Of a DNA stretch of 64,000 bases, positions 21,616-33,703 are shown in pieces. Every line of letters begins with the position of its first letter. Within the stretch, counting starts at the first letter, position 1. The DNA comes from Elusimicrobiaceae bacterium (lineage in GTDB: Bacteria > Elusimicrobiota > Elusimicrobia > Elusimicrobiales > Elusimicrobiaceae): assembly GCA_017646765.1 (NCBI GenBank), contig JAGCMD010000074.1, positions 5,627 to 69,626 on the forward strand, given 5' to 3'. The translations under genes and the position numbers were made by a program. The notes below the pieces were generated by a model that saw only the letters and a list, made by a program, of their open reading frames with translations, searched no databases and was not told where the DNA came from.

Positions 21616-23067
21616 ATGAGAACAAATCCGCACATATTAGAAATTGATACCCGCGCTTGGCTCAAACGTTTAGAGGCCAAACACGGGCGTGCGTTTACGT
21701 TGCGTGATATTCCCGAGCAATTTTTAGACACCATTGTTTCTATGGGGTTTGATGCCGTGTGGCTTATGGGCGTATGGCAACAAAGCCCCCTGGGTGTGAG
21801 TATCGCCCAAAACTCTGCGGAAATTCAAAACCAAGTCCGCGCCATTAAGCCTGACGTCAAGCCGGAAGATATTTCCGCATCCCCGTATGCAGTATACGAT
21901 TATACGGTAGACAGTTCGCTGGGCGGGACGGATGCTTTACAGGCGTTCCGTCAGCGTCTTCAGGACCGCGGCATTTTACTTTTATTAGATTTTGTAGGTA
22001 ACCACATGGCTATTGATTGTCCGGCCGTTTCTTCGGACCCGGACTTGTTTGTCAACACCGGTACGGCTGAGCCGGCGCATCACAAAGATTGGTTTTTTAA
22101 AAACCCCAACGGTGTTTATATCGCCCATGGACGCGACCCGTATTTTGCCCCGTGGACCGATACCGCGCAATTGAACTATTTTAACCCGAAAACGCGCGAA
22201 TATATGCTTAACAACTTGCGCCGCGTGGCACAGTTGTGTGACGGGGTACGTTGCGATTTGGCAATGCTGACGCTTAACAAAGTCCACCGCGATATTTGGT
22301 GGGAATTTATCGGCGGGACGTTACCTAAAGAAGAATTTTGGCATCAAGCGTTGTCGTGTATCCGCGAGGAATATCCGGAATTTACCTTTATTGCCGAAGT
22401 GTATTGGGGCTTAGAGTGGGAAGTACAGGAAATGGGTTTTGATTATACCTACGATAAAATTTTGTACGACCGCCTGCGTTTTTCCAGTTCGCAAGATATT
22501 AAAGGCCACTTGGGCGCAGAACATTTGTATCAGATGCGTTCCATGCGTTTTACCTCTAACCACGACGAGGAAGAACCCTTAAAAGCTTTCGGGCGCGAAA
22601 AGTCTTTGGCTGCCAGCACCATTATTGCCACACTTCCCGGTGCACGGCTGTTCCAATTTTTCCAACTTTTGGGCCGTCCGGCGCGTATGCCTATCCAATA
22701 CGTACAAGATTGGTTTGAAAAAGATGAAGGTGTTTTTGCGTATTATCAAAAACTGCTCAACATTGCTTCTTCGCCGGCTTTTCACGGCGGGCAATGGAGT
22801 TTATTTAATGTCGGTAACGCCGGCGACGATACAGCCCGTAACATTTTGTCGTGGCAATGGAAACAAATGAATACCGGCAAGCTGATTGTCATTAACTATA
22901 GTGATGCGCCTGCCAAATGCCGCTTGCCGTTAAAAAATGTGCGCGGCTCGTCGGTAAAGGAAGAATTTTCCGGCAATGAAATCCCGGTAACCGATGAAAC
23001 TAAAGTACAAGGCGTGGAGCTTACGCTTAAACCCTACGAGAGTAAAATTTTTACGTTTAACGTATAA
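21616..23067 (+). CDS. Cytoplasmic GH13 alpha-amylase family glycosidase
   Basis: DFVGNH, DGVRCDLAM (nucleophile), AEVYW (acid/base), NHDE; no signal peptide. Confidence 0.9.
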   Translation: MRTNPHILEIDTRAWLKRLEAKHGRAFTLRDIPEQFLDTIVSMGFDAVWLMGVWQQSPLGVSIAQNSAEIQNQVRAIKPDVKPEDISASPYAVYDYTVDSSLGGTDALQAFRQRLQDRGILLLLDFVGNHMAIDCPAVSSDPDLFVNTGTAEPAHHKDWFFKNPNGVYIAHGRDPYFAPWTDTAQLNYFNPKTREYMLNNLRRVAQLCDGVRCDLAMLTLNKVHRDIWWEFIGGTLPKEEFWHQALSCIREEYPEFTFIAEVYWGLEWEVQEMGFDYTYDKILYDRLRFSSSQDIKGHLGAEHLYQMRSMRFTSNHDEEEPLKAFGREKSLAASTIIATLPGARLFQFFQLLGRPARMPIQYVQDWFEKDEGVFAYYQKLLNIASSPAFHGGQWSLFNVGNAGDDTARNILSWQWKQMNTGKLIVINYSDAPAKCRLPLKNVRGSSVKEEFSGNEIPVTDETKVQGVELTLKPYESKIFTFNV

Positions 23068-23086
23068 TTTTGATTAACTATAAAGC

Positions 23087-23124
23087 AAAACACCTCCTGT
23101 ATACGCAGGGGGTGTTCTATTTTA
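23087..23124. terminator. Likely bidirectional terminator between the GH13 and pilin genes
   Basis: AACACCTCCTG-tatacg-CAGGGGGTGTT with A/T flanks. Confidence 0.6.
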
Positions 23125-23200
23125 AACTGAAATTAAAGAGGTGTGTTATAACACGCCGAAATGCTAGGGGCGCGTTGGTTTTCTGAAGTAAGAATTACAA

Positions 23201-23758
23201 TTAAGGTAATGTGTAAAGAGGCAAAGAATCGCTGTCTTCTAAGGAGCGACCATTTAACACTTTTTGACAATAACTACCTGTCGCCCCAGAGAAAATAATA
23301 CCACTTGCTTTCCTTTCTCCACATAAAAGACGACGATTTGTTTGCGGATTGGAAGCATTGAGCCAATATATAAAACCAGTGCCCTTATATTTCCCAGTAG
23401 TACGTCCCATCATAATAGCCAAAGACCCCGGGTCGGAGGCAGCCGTCGCTAATTGTAAGGTCCATTCCGGGCCGGAACGGGTGTCTTTGACGGCACTTGG
23501 CGCATTTAACCAAGGCGTATTTCCGGTATAAGACCCAGGTAAATCTATATCCAATACGCTAAAAGACTCTGCATAAACGCCATTACTCATTTTGTATCTG
23601 TCTTGTGCTTGGACAAGGGCGTTAATAAGAGTAAGCGCTTGCGCTGTGCGGCTTTTTTCTACGGATTTTTGATATTGCGGTAGTGCTACTGCGGCCAAAA
23701 TACCGATGATAAGTACGACGACTAGCAGTTCTATGAGGGTAAATCCTTTTTCTTTCAT
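23201..23758 (-). CDS. Type IV pilin (PilE-like)
   Basis: Class III signal KG/FTLIELLVVVLIIGILAAVALPQY; C-terminal Cys pair; GGAG RBS. Confidence 0.93.
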   Translation of the reverse strand: MKEKGFTLIELLVVVLIIGILAAVALPQYQKSVEKSRTAQALTLINALVQAQDRYKMSNGVYAESFSVLDIDLPGSYTGNTPWLNAPSAVKDTRSGPEWTLQLATAASDPGSLAIMMGRTTGKYKGTGFIYWLNASNPQTNRRLLCGERKASGIIFSGATGSYCQKVLNGRSLEDSDSLPLYTLP

Positions 23759-23781
23759 ATACAGCTCTCCTTTTGTCTTTG

Positions 23782-23943
23782 GGAAACCGTATACAAAAAC
23801 GGCTGATTATAATCAGGGCTATCCACAGACCTAACCATAACAGCCGTATCTGCCGTTTTTATAACGGCAGATAAAACACGGCTGTTTTTGGCGTGGATAG
23901 CATTTTCGGTTGTCCGAAAATTCTCCGTTTCTTAAACGGTTCC
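23782..23943. other. Multi-hairpin structured element upstream of the pilin gene
   Basis: At least six hairpins or inverted repeats in about 160 nt (detailed in findings). Confidence 0.6.
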
Positions 23944-24061
23944 AAAAACAGTTCAAATTTTAACTACACCGTTATTATAACAATTTTCTTGTGTATTATT
24001 GGAGTAAATTTCTTATAATATAAACATATACGCCTGCGCGCGCGTTCGGGCCGGAGGGAAA

Positions 24062-24298
24062 GTGTCGCTTAAAGATTTTTCTGCTAAAGACCATGTCGCC
24101 ATTACTACCTTAGGCTTAGAATTTGCCGCAGCCGAAATGCTTGGAGCGGGCGTCGGTTTTTGGCTGGATAAAAAATACCAATCTTCCCCGTGGTTTTTAC
24201 TGGCGGGTGCGGTGGTTGGGTTTATGTTAGGCATGTATATTGTGTGGCGTCGGACCAAAGAAATGGAACGAGACGAGAAGAAAAATGAACGTCGCTGA
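24062..24298 (+). CDS. AtpZ/AtpI family protein
   Basis: GTG start after GGAGGG; GFWLDKKYQSSPWFLLAG motif; first gene of the atp operon. Confidence 0.85.
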   Translation: MSLKDFSAKDHVAITTLGLEFAAAEMLGAGVGFWLDKKYQSSPWFLLAGAVVGFMLGMYIVWRRTKEMERDEKKNERR

Positions 24299-25046
24299 TA
24301 CCATAGCACATCACATTTTAGACCACGACTGGGGCGTAACTTTAGGCGGACTACGCGTGCCGGTTACTACCCACTCGGTCACTATTTTTGCCGTCAGCGT
24401 GCTAATGCTGATTGTTTTGGCGTGGGCCAGCCGCGCGCACACAAGTAAGGCCGGGCGCTTACTTACCACCTTGTTAGAAGAATATGTTTCCTTCATCCGC
24501 GACGGGCTTGTTTTGCCCAATATGGGGGCGGAAGGTAAGGGCTTTTTGCCGTATTTCTGCACGCTTTTCTTATTTATTCTTTCCGTTAATTTAGCCGGTA
24601 TGATTCCCGAAATGAAAACCGCCACGTCTAACATTTCCGTTACGGCGGCGCTTGCGCTTTGTTCCGGCGGAGTCATTTTATACAGCGGGCTTAAATACCA
24701 TGGGGTTATCGGGTTTTTAAAAGGGTTTGTACCGTCGGGCACGCCCGGCTGGCTTGTGCCGCTTATTTTCCCGCTGGAAGTTATCAGCACGATTATTAAA
24801 GTGTGCGTGCTCGCTATCCGTTTGTTTGCCAATATGCTTTCCGGGCACATGGTGCTGATTTGTTTACTCTTAATTATTTTTATCGTCGGGAAAATGAGCG
24901 TTTTTGCCGGAGCGGGGGCACTTATTCCGGCCATGGGATTAGAGATTTTTATGACGTGTTTGGAGTTGTTAGTTGCATTTTTACAGGCGTATGTGTTTAC
25001 GCTTTTGACGGCAATTTTTGCCGGCTCGGTAATTCATACGCACTAA
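24285..25046 (+). CDS. atpB: ATP synthase subunit a
   Basis: LAIRLFANMLSGH essential Arg; LELLVAFLQAYVFTLLT. Confidence 0.96.
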   Translation: MNVADTIAHHILDHDWGVTLGGLRVPVTTHSVTIFAVSVLMLIVLAWASRAHTSKAGRLLTTLLEEYVSFIRDGLVLPNMGAEGKGFLPYFCTLFLFILSVNLAGMIPEMKTATSNISVTAALALCSGGVILYSGLKYHGVIGFLKGFVPSGTPGWLVPLIFPLEVISTIIKVCVLAIRLFANMLSGHMVLICLLLIIFIVGKMSVFAGAGALIPAMGLEIFMTCLELLVAFLQAYVFTLLTAIFAGSVIHTH

Positions 25047-25087
25047 ATTTAATTTACGGGGATACCCCGAAAAAAGGAGAAAAAATT

Positions 25088-25315
25088 ATGGAACTTGCCG
25101 TCTTAAAATATATAGCCGCCGGGCTCGGTGCCGGGTTAGTGGTTATCGGTGCGGGTTTCGGTTTAGGTAAAATCGGTACGGCCGCCTTGGAAGGTACGGC
25201 CCGCCAACCGGAAGCCGGTTCGGCCTTACGCACGACAATGATTATCATCGCGGCGTTGTTAGAAGGCGCGGCCATGTTGGGCTTAGTTATTTGCTTACTG
25301 ACGATGGTGATGTAA
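25088..25315 (+). CDS. atpE: ATP synthase subunit c, H+-type signature
   Basis: 75 aa; GAGFGLG, ARQPE loop, ALLEGAA; lacks the Q...ES/T...Y Na+ signature. Confidence 0.95.
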   Translation: MELAVLKYIAAGLGAGLVVIGAGFGLGKIGTAALEGTARQPEAGSALRTTMIIIAALLEGAAMLGLVICLLTMVM

Positions 25316-25329
25316 TCTAAAGGAAAAAT

Positions 25330-25824
25330 ATGGAAGATTTATTGAAGCCCGACGTCGGGGTAACAATTCTTACCATTTGTAACTTTTTGCTGCTTGTGTA
25401 TTTGCTCAAAAAGTTTGCGTGGAACGGCATTATCGGTGCGCTTGAAAAGCGCGAAACGCAAATTGCCACCGATAAACAGCAAGCGCAACAGGCGCGCGAA
25501 GAAGCACAACAGTTAAAAGCGGAACTGGACGAAAAGTTAAACCGCGTGGCCGAACAAGCCGCCCAAAAAATGGCAGAGGCCGTTAAAACGGGCGAAGCGC
25601 AACGCGACCAGCTTATTGCCGCGGCGAAGGAAGAATCGCAACGGATGTTGGAACAAGCGCGTGAGCGCATAGAAGCGGAAAAAAATCACGCGCTGGCCGA
25701 TATCCGCGGCGAAATTGTCCGTACGGCGATATTGGCGGCCAAAAAAGTGGCACAAGAAGAATTAAATGACGCAAGTGCACGTGCCAGCGTAGAACGTGTG
25801 CTTAGTGAATTAAAAAATAAATAG
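25330..25824 (+). CDS. atpF: ATP synthase subunit b
   Basis: N-terminal TM then long coiled coil; position in operon. Confidence 0.93.
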   Translation: MEDLLKPDVGVTILTICNFLLLVYLLKKFAWNGIIGALEKRETQIATDKQQAQQAREEAQQLKAELDEKLNRVAEQAAQKMAEAVKTGEAQRDQLIAAAKEESQRMLEQARERIEAEKNHALADIRGEIVRTAILAAKKVAQEELNDASARASVERVLSELKNK

Positions 25825-25826
25825 TT

Positions 25827-26357
25827 ATGAATAACAGCACTGCCTGCCGCGCGGCTCAGCGTTACGCCGCCGCTTATGATAGCTTGAGCACCACCACGGA
25901 GCAAGCCGTTGTTCGTGCGGAAGAATTGTCAACCGCCGAGCAAGCGTTGGCAGGAGTAAACGATTTGCTCGCGTCGCCGTCTGTGCCGCTTACGCAAAAA
26001 CAAGCGGCGGTACAAGCGGCGCTAAAAAATTGGCCGCAAGTGGCTTCGTTCGTGGAAGTTTTATTAGCGGCCAAACGCTATAATTTGCTGGCTCAAATTG
26101 TAGCGGATGTGTACGCGTTAGCCGATAAACGGCAAGGTATTTTACGGGCGCAAATCGTGTCGGCTCGGCCGCTCTCAGACACAGAAAAACAACACGCGCA
26201 AAGGGTGCTTTCTACGCGCTACGGACAAGATGTAAAAGCCGTTTTCCGGACGGATAAAGAAGTTTTAGGCGGGCTTAAAATTTGGTGTAACGGAGAGCTC
26301 TTAGACGGAAGTTTCCAAGGGCAATTAAACCGTTTACAAGAAGAACTTATTAAATAA
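25827..26357 (+). CDS. atpH: ATP synthase subunit delta
   Basis: [14 protein letters not shown]-terminal VLGGLKI..LLDGS. Confidence 0.9.
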   Translation: MNNSTACRAAQRYAAAYDSLSTTTEQAVVRAEELSTAEQALAGVNDLLASPSVPLTQKQAAVQAALKNWPQVASFVEVLLAAKRYNLLAQIVADVYALADKRQGILRAQIVSARPLSDTEKQHAQRVLSTRYGQDVKAVFRTDKEVLGGLKIWCNGELLDGSFQGQLNRLQEELIK

Positions 26358-26367
26358 CGGGAAGAGT

Positions 26368-27894
26368 ATGGCAATCAGACCGGAAGAAATTACAAAAATT
26401 ATTAAAGAAAAAATAGAACACTTTGATACGTCTGTAGACGTAAGTGAAGTGGGTACCGTGATTCAAGTGGGCGACGGTATTGCCCGTGTACATGGGCTAA
26501 ACCATGTTAAAGCCTCCGAACTGGTAGATTTCGGAAACGGCATCAAGGGCATGGCGATGAACTTGGAGTACGACAACGTCGGTTGTGTGCTCATGGGTGC
26601 CGATACGCAAGTAAAAGAGGGCGACGTTGTTAAACGCACCGGCGAAGTAATCAGTATCCCTGTGGGCGCGGGCGTTATCGGCCGTGTGGTAGATCCGCTG
26701 GGCCGTCCGTTAGATGGCAAGGGGGAAATCCAGGCGGATAAAAATATGCCCTTGGATATTGTGGCCCCCGGTATCATTGACCGCCAACCCGTTAAGCAAC
26801 CCTTGCAAACCGGAATTAAAGCCATTGACTCTATGGTACCGATCGGCAAAGGACAGCGCGAACTTATCATCGGCGACCGCCAAACCGGTAAAACCGCTAT
26901 CGCTATTGATGCCATTATCAACCAGAAAAATATTCCGGAAAAAGAACGCTGTATTTGTATTTATATAGCCGTCGGACAAAAGCAAAGCACCGTCGCGCAA
27001 GTCGTCAAAACATTAACCGATTTTGGCGCGATGGATTATACGGTAGTTGTATCTGCTACCGCGTCCGATCCGGCCTCTATGCTTTATATTGCGCCATACG
27101 CGGGTTGTGCTATCGGCGAGTATTTTATGTGGCAAGGCAAAGATGTGCTGATTGTGTATGATGATTTGTCCAAACACGCACAGGCCTACCGCCAAATGTC
27201 GCTACTCTTGCGTCGTCCGCCGGGGCGTGAAGCGTACCCCGGAGATGTATTTTATTTGCACTCCCGTTTGTTAGAGCGTGCTTGCAAACTTTCTAACGAA
27301 AACGGCGGCGGGTCTATTACGGCTTTGCCCATTATTGAAACACAGGCCAACGACGTTTCGGCGTATATCCCTACCAACGTCATTTCTATTACCGACGGAC
27401 AAATTTACTTGGAAAGCAACCTCTTTTTAAGCGGAATTAAACCGGCGGTAAACGTGGGGTTGTCTGTATCGCGCGTGGGGGGAAGTGCCCAGCGAAAAAC
27501 GATGCGCAAAGTAGCGGGAACGCTTCGTATTGATTTATCGCAATACCAAGAGCTGGCCGGGTTTGCACAATTTGGCTCGGAATTGGATAAAGAATCGCAA
27601 CGCCAAATTTCGCGCGGTCAACGTATGACGGAACTATTAAAGCAAAACCAATACTCGCCACTGACGGTGGGAGAGGAAGTCCTTTCGTTGTATGCGGGAA
27701 CGCACGGGTATTTGGACGAATTAACCGTAGCCGATGTATTGCCGTATGAGAAGCAACTTTTGGCGTATGTGCGTGCCGAGCGAAAAGACGTGCTTGAAAC
27801 GCTTAATACGTCTAATGAATTAACAGCGGATTTAGAAAACAAAATAGTAACTTTATTAGACCAATTCAAGACGGTGTTCAAAGCCGGAAAATAG
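26368..27894 (+). CDS. atpA: ATP synthase subunit alpha
   Basis: [29 protein letters not shown]. Confidence 0.98.
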   Translation: MAIRPEEITKIIKEKIEHFDTSVDVSEVGTVIQVGDGIARVHGLNHVKASELVDFGNGIKGMAMNLEYDNVGCVLMGADTQVKEGDVVKRTGEVISIPVGAGVIGRVVDPLGRPLDGKGEIQADKNMPLDIVAPGIIDRQPVKQPLQTGIKAIDSMVPIGKGQRELIIGDRQTGKTAIAIDAIINQKNIPEKERCICIYIAVGQKQSTVAQVVKTLTDFGAMDYTVVVSATASDPASMLYIAPYAGCAIGEYFMWQGKDVLIVYDDLSKHAQAYRQMSLLLRRPPGREAYPGDVFYLHSRLLERACKLSNENGGGSITALPIIETQANDVSAYIPTNVISITDGQIYLESNLFLSGIKPAVNVGLSVSRVGGSAQRKTMRKVAGTLRIDLSQYQELAGFAQFGSELDKESQRQISRGQRMTELLKQNQYSPLTVGEEVLSLYAGTHGYLDELTVADVLPYEKQLLAYVRAERKDVLETLNTSNELTADLENKIVTLLDQFKTVFKAGK

Positions 27895-27903
27895 GAGAAA
27901 AAC

Positions 27904-28839
27904 ATGGAAACCAAATCAAAGAAAAAATATTTAGTTACCGGCGGCGCTGGCTTTATCGGCAGTAACATTGCTAAAACATTGGAAGCCGAAGGACACGAAG
28001 TTACTGTATTAGATGATTTTTCCAAAAACGGACACTTTAAAAACCTAATCGGTTTTAAAGGGGACGTCATTACGTGCGATTTGTTTACGAGCGTGCCGCA
28101 CGATATGTATTTTGATGCGATTTTCCACGAAGCCGCCATCACGGATACGACGGTTATGGATCAAAAAATAATGATGGAGCAAAATGTGGAAGCCTTTAAA
28201 AACTTGCTGGAGTTTGCCGCGGACAACGACATTAAAAAAGTGGTGTACGCTTCGTCCGCTGCCACATACGGAAACGGGCCGGTGCCTAATGTGGAAACAC
28301 AACCCACCCATCCGGAAAATGTATACGGTTTTTCCAAAGTGATTATGGATAACGTTGCCCGCCAATTTGCCGAAGATAATAACGATATGAAAATTATCGG
28401 TCTGCGTTATTTCAACGTCTATGGTCCGGGTGAATATCACAAAGGCAAAATGGCCAGTATGGTTTACCAACTCTACAACCAAATGAAAGCCGGGCAGCGT
28501 CCGCGCGTGTTTAAAAACGGCGAGCAACAACGCGATTTTGTGTATGTAAAAGATATTGTCAAAATCAATATGTGCGCGCTCAAAAACGGCAAAGAAACGG
28601 GCGTATTTAACGCCGCTACCGGCGTGCCGCGCGATTACAACGCCATTATCGCGTGCTTAAATAAAGAGCTCGGTACGAATTTGGAACCGGAGTATATTGA
28701 TAATCCGTATCCGTTCTTCCAACTTAAAACGCAGGCCGATATTACCAAGTCTAAAGAAAAACTCGGCTACGAGCCGGACTATACACTTGAAAAAGGTATT
28801 GCCGATTATGTGGCAATTTTAGAAGGTCGCAAGAATTAG
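27904..28839 (+). CDS. hldD: ADP-L-glycero-D-manno-heptose 6-epimerase
   Basis: TGGAGFIG, YASSAATYG, YGFSK, LRYFNVYGPGEYHKGKMASM, RDFVYVKD. Confidence 0.85.
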   Translation: METKSKKKYLVTGGAGFIGSNIAKTLEAEGHEVTVLDDFSKNGHFKNLIGFKGDVITCDLFTSVPHDMYFDAIFHEAAITDTTVMDQKIMMEQNVEAFKNLLEFAADNDIKKVVYASSAATYGNGPVPNVETQPTHPENVYGFSKVIMDNVARQFAEDNNDMKIIGLRYFNVYGPGEYHKGKMASMVYQLYNQMKAGQRPRVFKNGEQQRDFVYVKDIVKINMCALKNGKETGVFNAATGVPRDYNAIIACLNKELGTNLEPEYIDNPYPFFQLKTQADITKSKEKLGYEPDYTLEKGIADYVAILEGRKN

Positions 28840-28847
28840 GGAGTTTT

Positions 28848-31177
<2,330 letters not shown>

Positions 31178-31178
31178 T

Positions 31179-31592
31179 ATGGTTAAAAAACTAAAGCTCA
31201 ACCTCATCACACCGCAAAGGCAACTGCTTACCGACTTGGAAGTAGATATGGTGGTGTTGCCTGCTTTTGAGGGAGAGATGGGCATTTTGCCCGGGCATAT
31301 CCCGGTGCTTGTGCAACTGACCTATGGCGATTTGCGCTATAAAAAGGACGGTAAAGATTTTGATTTTGCCGTCATGGGCGGCTTTGTGGAAGTAAAAGAG
31401 GATGTAGTAAACGCGTTTGCCGAAGGTGCTGATTTGGCTGATGAGATTGACGAAGAAGCCGAAAGCCAAAAAATTAAAAAAGCCAAAGAAGCGCTTAGCA
31501 AAAAAGATGCGGACATTGATTTTGAGTTGGCGGAAATTGAACTAAAACAGGCCATTACGCGCATGAAAGTAAAACGGCGCAAAATGTCCTGA
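31179..31592 (+). CDS. atpC: ATP synthase subunit epsilon
   Basis: LITPQR, GEMGILPGH, GGFVEV. Confidence 0.95.
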   Translation: MVKKLKLNLITPQRQLLTDLEVDMVVLPAFEGEMGILPGHIPVLVQLTYGDLRYKKDGKDFDFAVMGGFVEVKEDVVNAFAEGADLADEIDEEAESQKIKKAKEALSKKDADIDFELAEIELKQAITRMKVKRRKMS

Positions 31593-31639
31593 TTTTTTAA
31601 AAATTCAAAAGGCTGTTTGCTAACAGCCGAGGAGAAATT

Positions 31640-32452
31640 ATGCGTAATGTAACCCCTGTGTCCACCGGAAGTTTTTGGTGGCTTTTGCCGCTTGTTGTTG
31701 CGGGACTTTTGATGATAGCGGCGTTTGAGTCGTATTTTACTGTATCTGCCGGGAACGTGGCTGTAAAATTGCGTTTCGGTAAATTGGTTGGTGCGTACGG
31801 CGAGGGCATCCATTACAAAGTGCCCTTTATTGATAATGTGGAAAAATTTTCCGTCCGCATTAAAAAAGATTCTTTTAATACAGAAGCTTTTTCTAAAGAC
31901 TTACAGACCGTCGGTTTAACGTTGGCCGTTAACCACCGTATTTTGCCTAACACGGTAGAATCTATTTATCGCAACTTAGGTCCGGAATATACCAACACCA
32001 TTTTGAAGCCGATGGTAGAAGAATGGACCAAAGCGGTTATTGCCAAATACTCGGCCGATAGTTTGATTTCCAACCGGGTGGAAGTCGCCAAAGAACTCAA
32101 CGAAATTTTGAAAGCGAAAATGGCGGAAAAAGAAGTGATTGTTTCCGATATTGCGATTACGAATTTTGAATTTTCCAAACAATTCCTAAAAGCGGTAGAA
32201 GAAAAACAAATTGCCGAGCAAGAAGCCAAACGCGCGACTAACTTGGTAGAAAAAGTCAAAAAAGAAGCCGAGCAGAAAATTTTACAGGCGGAAGCGGAAG
32301 CCAAGTCGCTGCGCTTACAACGGGAAGTTGTTTCGGATAACTTAATTAAACTTCGCCAAGTGGAAGCACAGCTTAAAGCTATTGATAAATGGGACGGTCG
32401 TATGCCGACGTATATGGCCGGCGATCAAATGCCTTTTGTTATGGTGAAATAA
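31640..32452 (+). CDS. SPFH/prohibitin family membrane protein
   Basis: N-terminal TM, GIHYKVPFID, AVEEKQIAEQEAKRA coiled coil, AIDKWDG. Confidence 0.88.
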   Translation: MRNVTPVSTGSFWWLLPLVVAGLLMIAAFESYFTVSAGNVAVKLRFGKLVGAYGEGIHYKVPFIDNVEKFSVRIKKDSFNTEAFSKDLQTVGLTLAVNHRILPNTVESIYRNLGPEYTNTILKPMVEEWTKAVIAKYSADSLISNRVEVAKELNEILKAKMAEKEVIVSDIAITNFEFSKQFLKAVEEKQIAEQEAKRATNLVEKVKKEAEQKILQAEAEAKSLRLQREVVSDNLIKLRQVEAQLKAIDKWDGRMPTYMAGDQMPFVMVK

Positions 32453-32466
32453 AAAAACACTTTCCG

Positions 32467-32492
32467 AAGGGGAGCCGGTGGCTCCCCTTCTT
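32467..32492 (+). terminator. Terminator-like hairpin after the SPFH gene
   Basis: AAGGGGAGCC-ggt-GGCTCCCCTT. Confidence 0.55.
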
Positions 32493-32507
32493 GTTAGGCG
32501 GCTGAAA

Positions 32508-33665
32508 ATGAAAACCTTTTTATTTTTCTTGCTGATGTGTGTAGCCGGCGGTTTGATTTATTGGGCGGGGTTTTATCAAACGCCCGAACAAAAACAATTT
32601 GCCGCCACACTTACCGCGGCCCAACAAGGTAATTTATCATCCCAAGTAAAAGCCGGCGATTTATACGCGCAGGGAACAGGCACGGCGCAAGACGGGGAGC
32701 AAGCTGTTTTTTGGTATCGCAAAGCCGCCATGGAAGGCGATAAAGAAGCTCTGTGGAAAAGCGCCCAAGCGTATATAGAGGGCAAATTAGTGCCGCAAGA
32801 TTTAGAAGAAGCTTTTCCGTTTTTAATGCTGGGGGCCAAGCAAAACGATCCGCGGGCGCTAATGGAAATAAGCCGCTTTTATGCGCAAGGCCTTGGCGGG
32901 GTTACCCGGCACCTCGGAGAAAGTTTATATTGGCTTTTTCAGGCGGATAAAGCATTAAACGGCGGTGCAAAAAACGAACTGCGGCTTGTAAAGCAAAGCC
33001 AACCGGAGCTGTACGAACAAGTAGAAAATTTTGTGCAAGATTTGGCCCAAGCACAAGCGGGAGACGCTCAAGCACGACTACGCGTGGCGTTGGCGTATGA
33101 ACAAGGTAATGCAATCACCCAAAATGCCGAGGAAGCTGTGCGTTGGTATACGTTAGCTTGGGAGGAAAACAAACTGCCGCAAGCCGGTTTTGCTTTAGCG
33201 CAGTTATATCAAAAAGGCGGGTTGGTAGAGCAAGATGAAAACAAGGCCGCTATCTTGTGGAATGAGCTTACCCAACTGCCGTATCCGCCGGCCCAATATG
33301 CACTGGGCGAAATGGCGTACCAAGCAGTGCCGCCGCGTTACGAAGATGCGTTTGCGTGGTTTTCCAACGCTGCGGCGGGCAACTATGCGCCCGGACAGTA
33401 TATGACGGGTTTTATGCTTATGCAAGGGCAAGGAACGGCGCGCTCTGTTAAATTAGCTACCACCTTTTTCCGTTCCGCGGCCGAGCAAGAATATGTTTCC
33501 GCCCAATACGTACTTGGACAGATTTATTGGAAAGGGTTAGGTGTTCCGGCGGACAAAAAAGCCGGTCGTAAATGGCTGGAAAAAGCGGCTCAAAACGGTA
33601 GTGAAGCCGCTCAAGCATTGTTAGAAGAGTCTTCAGTTTCTAATCAAAAACAATCCCTTAAATAA
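32508..33665 (+). CDS. Sel1-like repeat protein
   Basis: Repeated AQYxLG..Y..GxGv..D...A..W motifs; N-terminal membrane anchor; ATG at 32508. Confidence 0.9.
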   Translation: MKTFLFFLLMCVAGGLIYWAGFYQTPEQKQFAATLTAAQQGNLSSQVKAGDLYAQGTGTAQDGEQAVFWYRKAAMEGDKEALWKSAQAYIEGKLVPQDLEEAFPFLMLGAKQNDPRALMEISRFYAQGLGGVTRHLGESLYWLFQADKALNGGAKNELRLVKQSQPELYEQVENFVQDLAQAQAGDAQARLRVALAYEQGNAITQNAEEAVRWYTLAWEENKLPQAGFALAQLYQKGGLVEQDENKAAILWNELTQLPYPPAQYALGEMAYQAVPPRYEDAFAWFSNAAAGNYAPGQYMTGFMLMQGQGTARSVKLATTFFRSAAEQEYVSAQYVLGQIYWKGLGVPADKKAGRKWLEKAAQNGSEAAQALLEESSVSNQKQSLK

Positions 33666-33703
33666 ATTGCCTAAAAAGCTAAGCTGTTTCCAGGAGGATT
33701 TTT

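Noticed and set aside
23140-23200. Integron attC site downstream of the pilin
   Set aside because: An 8 bp hairpin with AAC/GTT ends exists, but the span is only about 40 nt, the R boxes do not match RYYYAAC/GTTRRRY, and no integrase is present.
23781-23901. c-di-GMP-I riboswitch call (GGGAAACC.. and ACCTAA..TGGC resemble GEMM parts)
   Set aside because: The resemblance is on the strand opposite the pilin, and the GAAA tetraloop and GACGCAAA junction are absent. Kept only as an unassigned structure.
24803-25087. 95 aa N-terminal extension of atpE suggested by the ORF track
   Set aside because: It overlaps atpB out of frame; the AAGGAG RBS points to ATG 25088.
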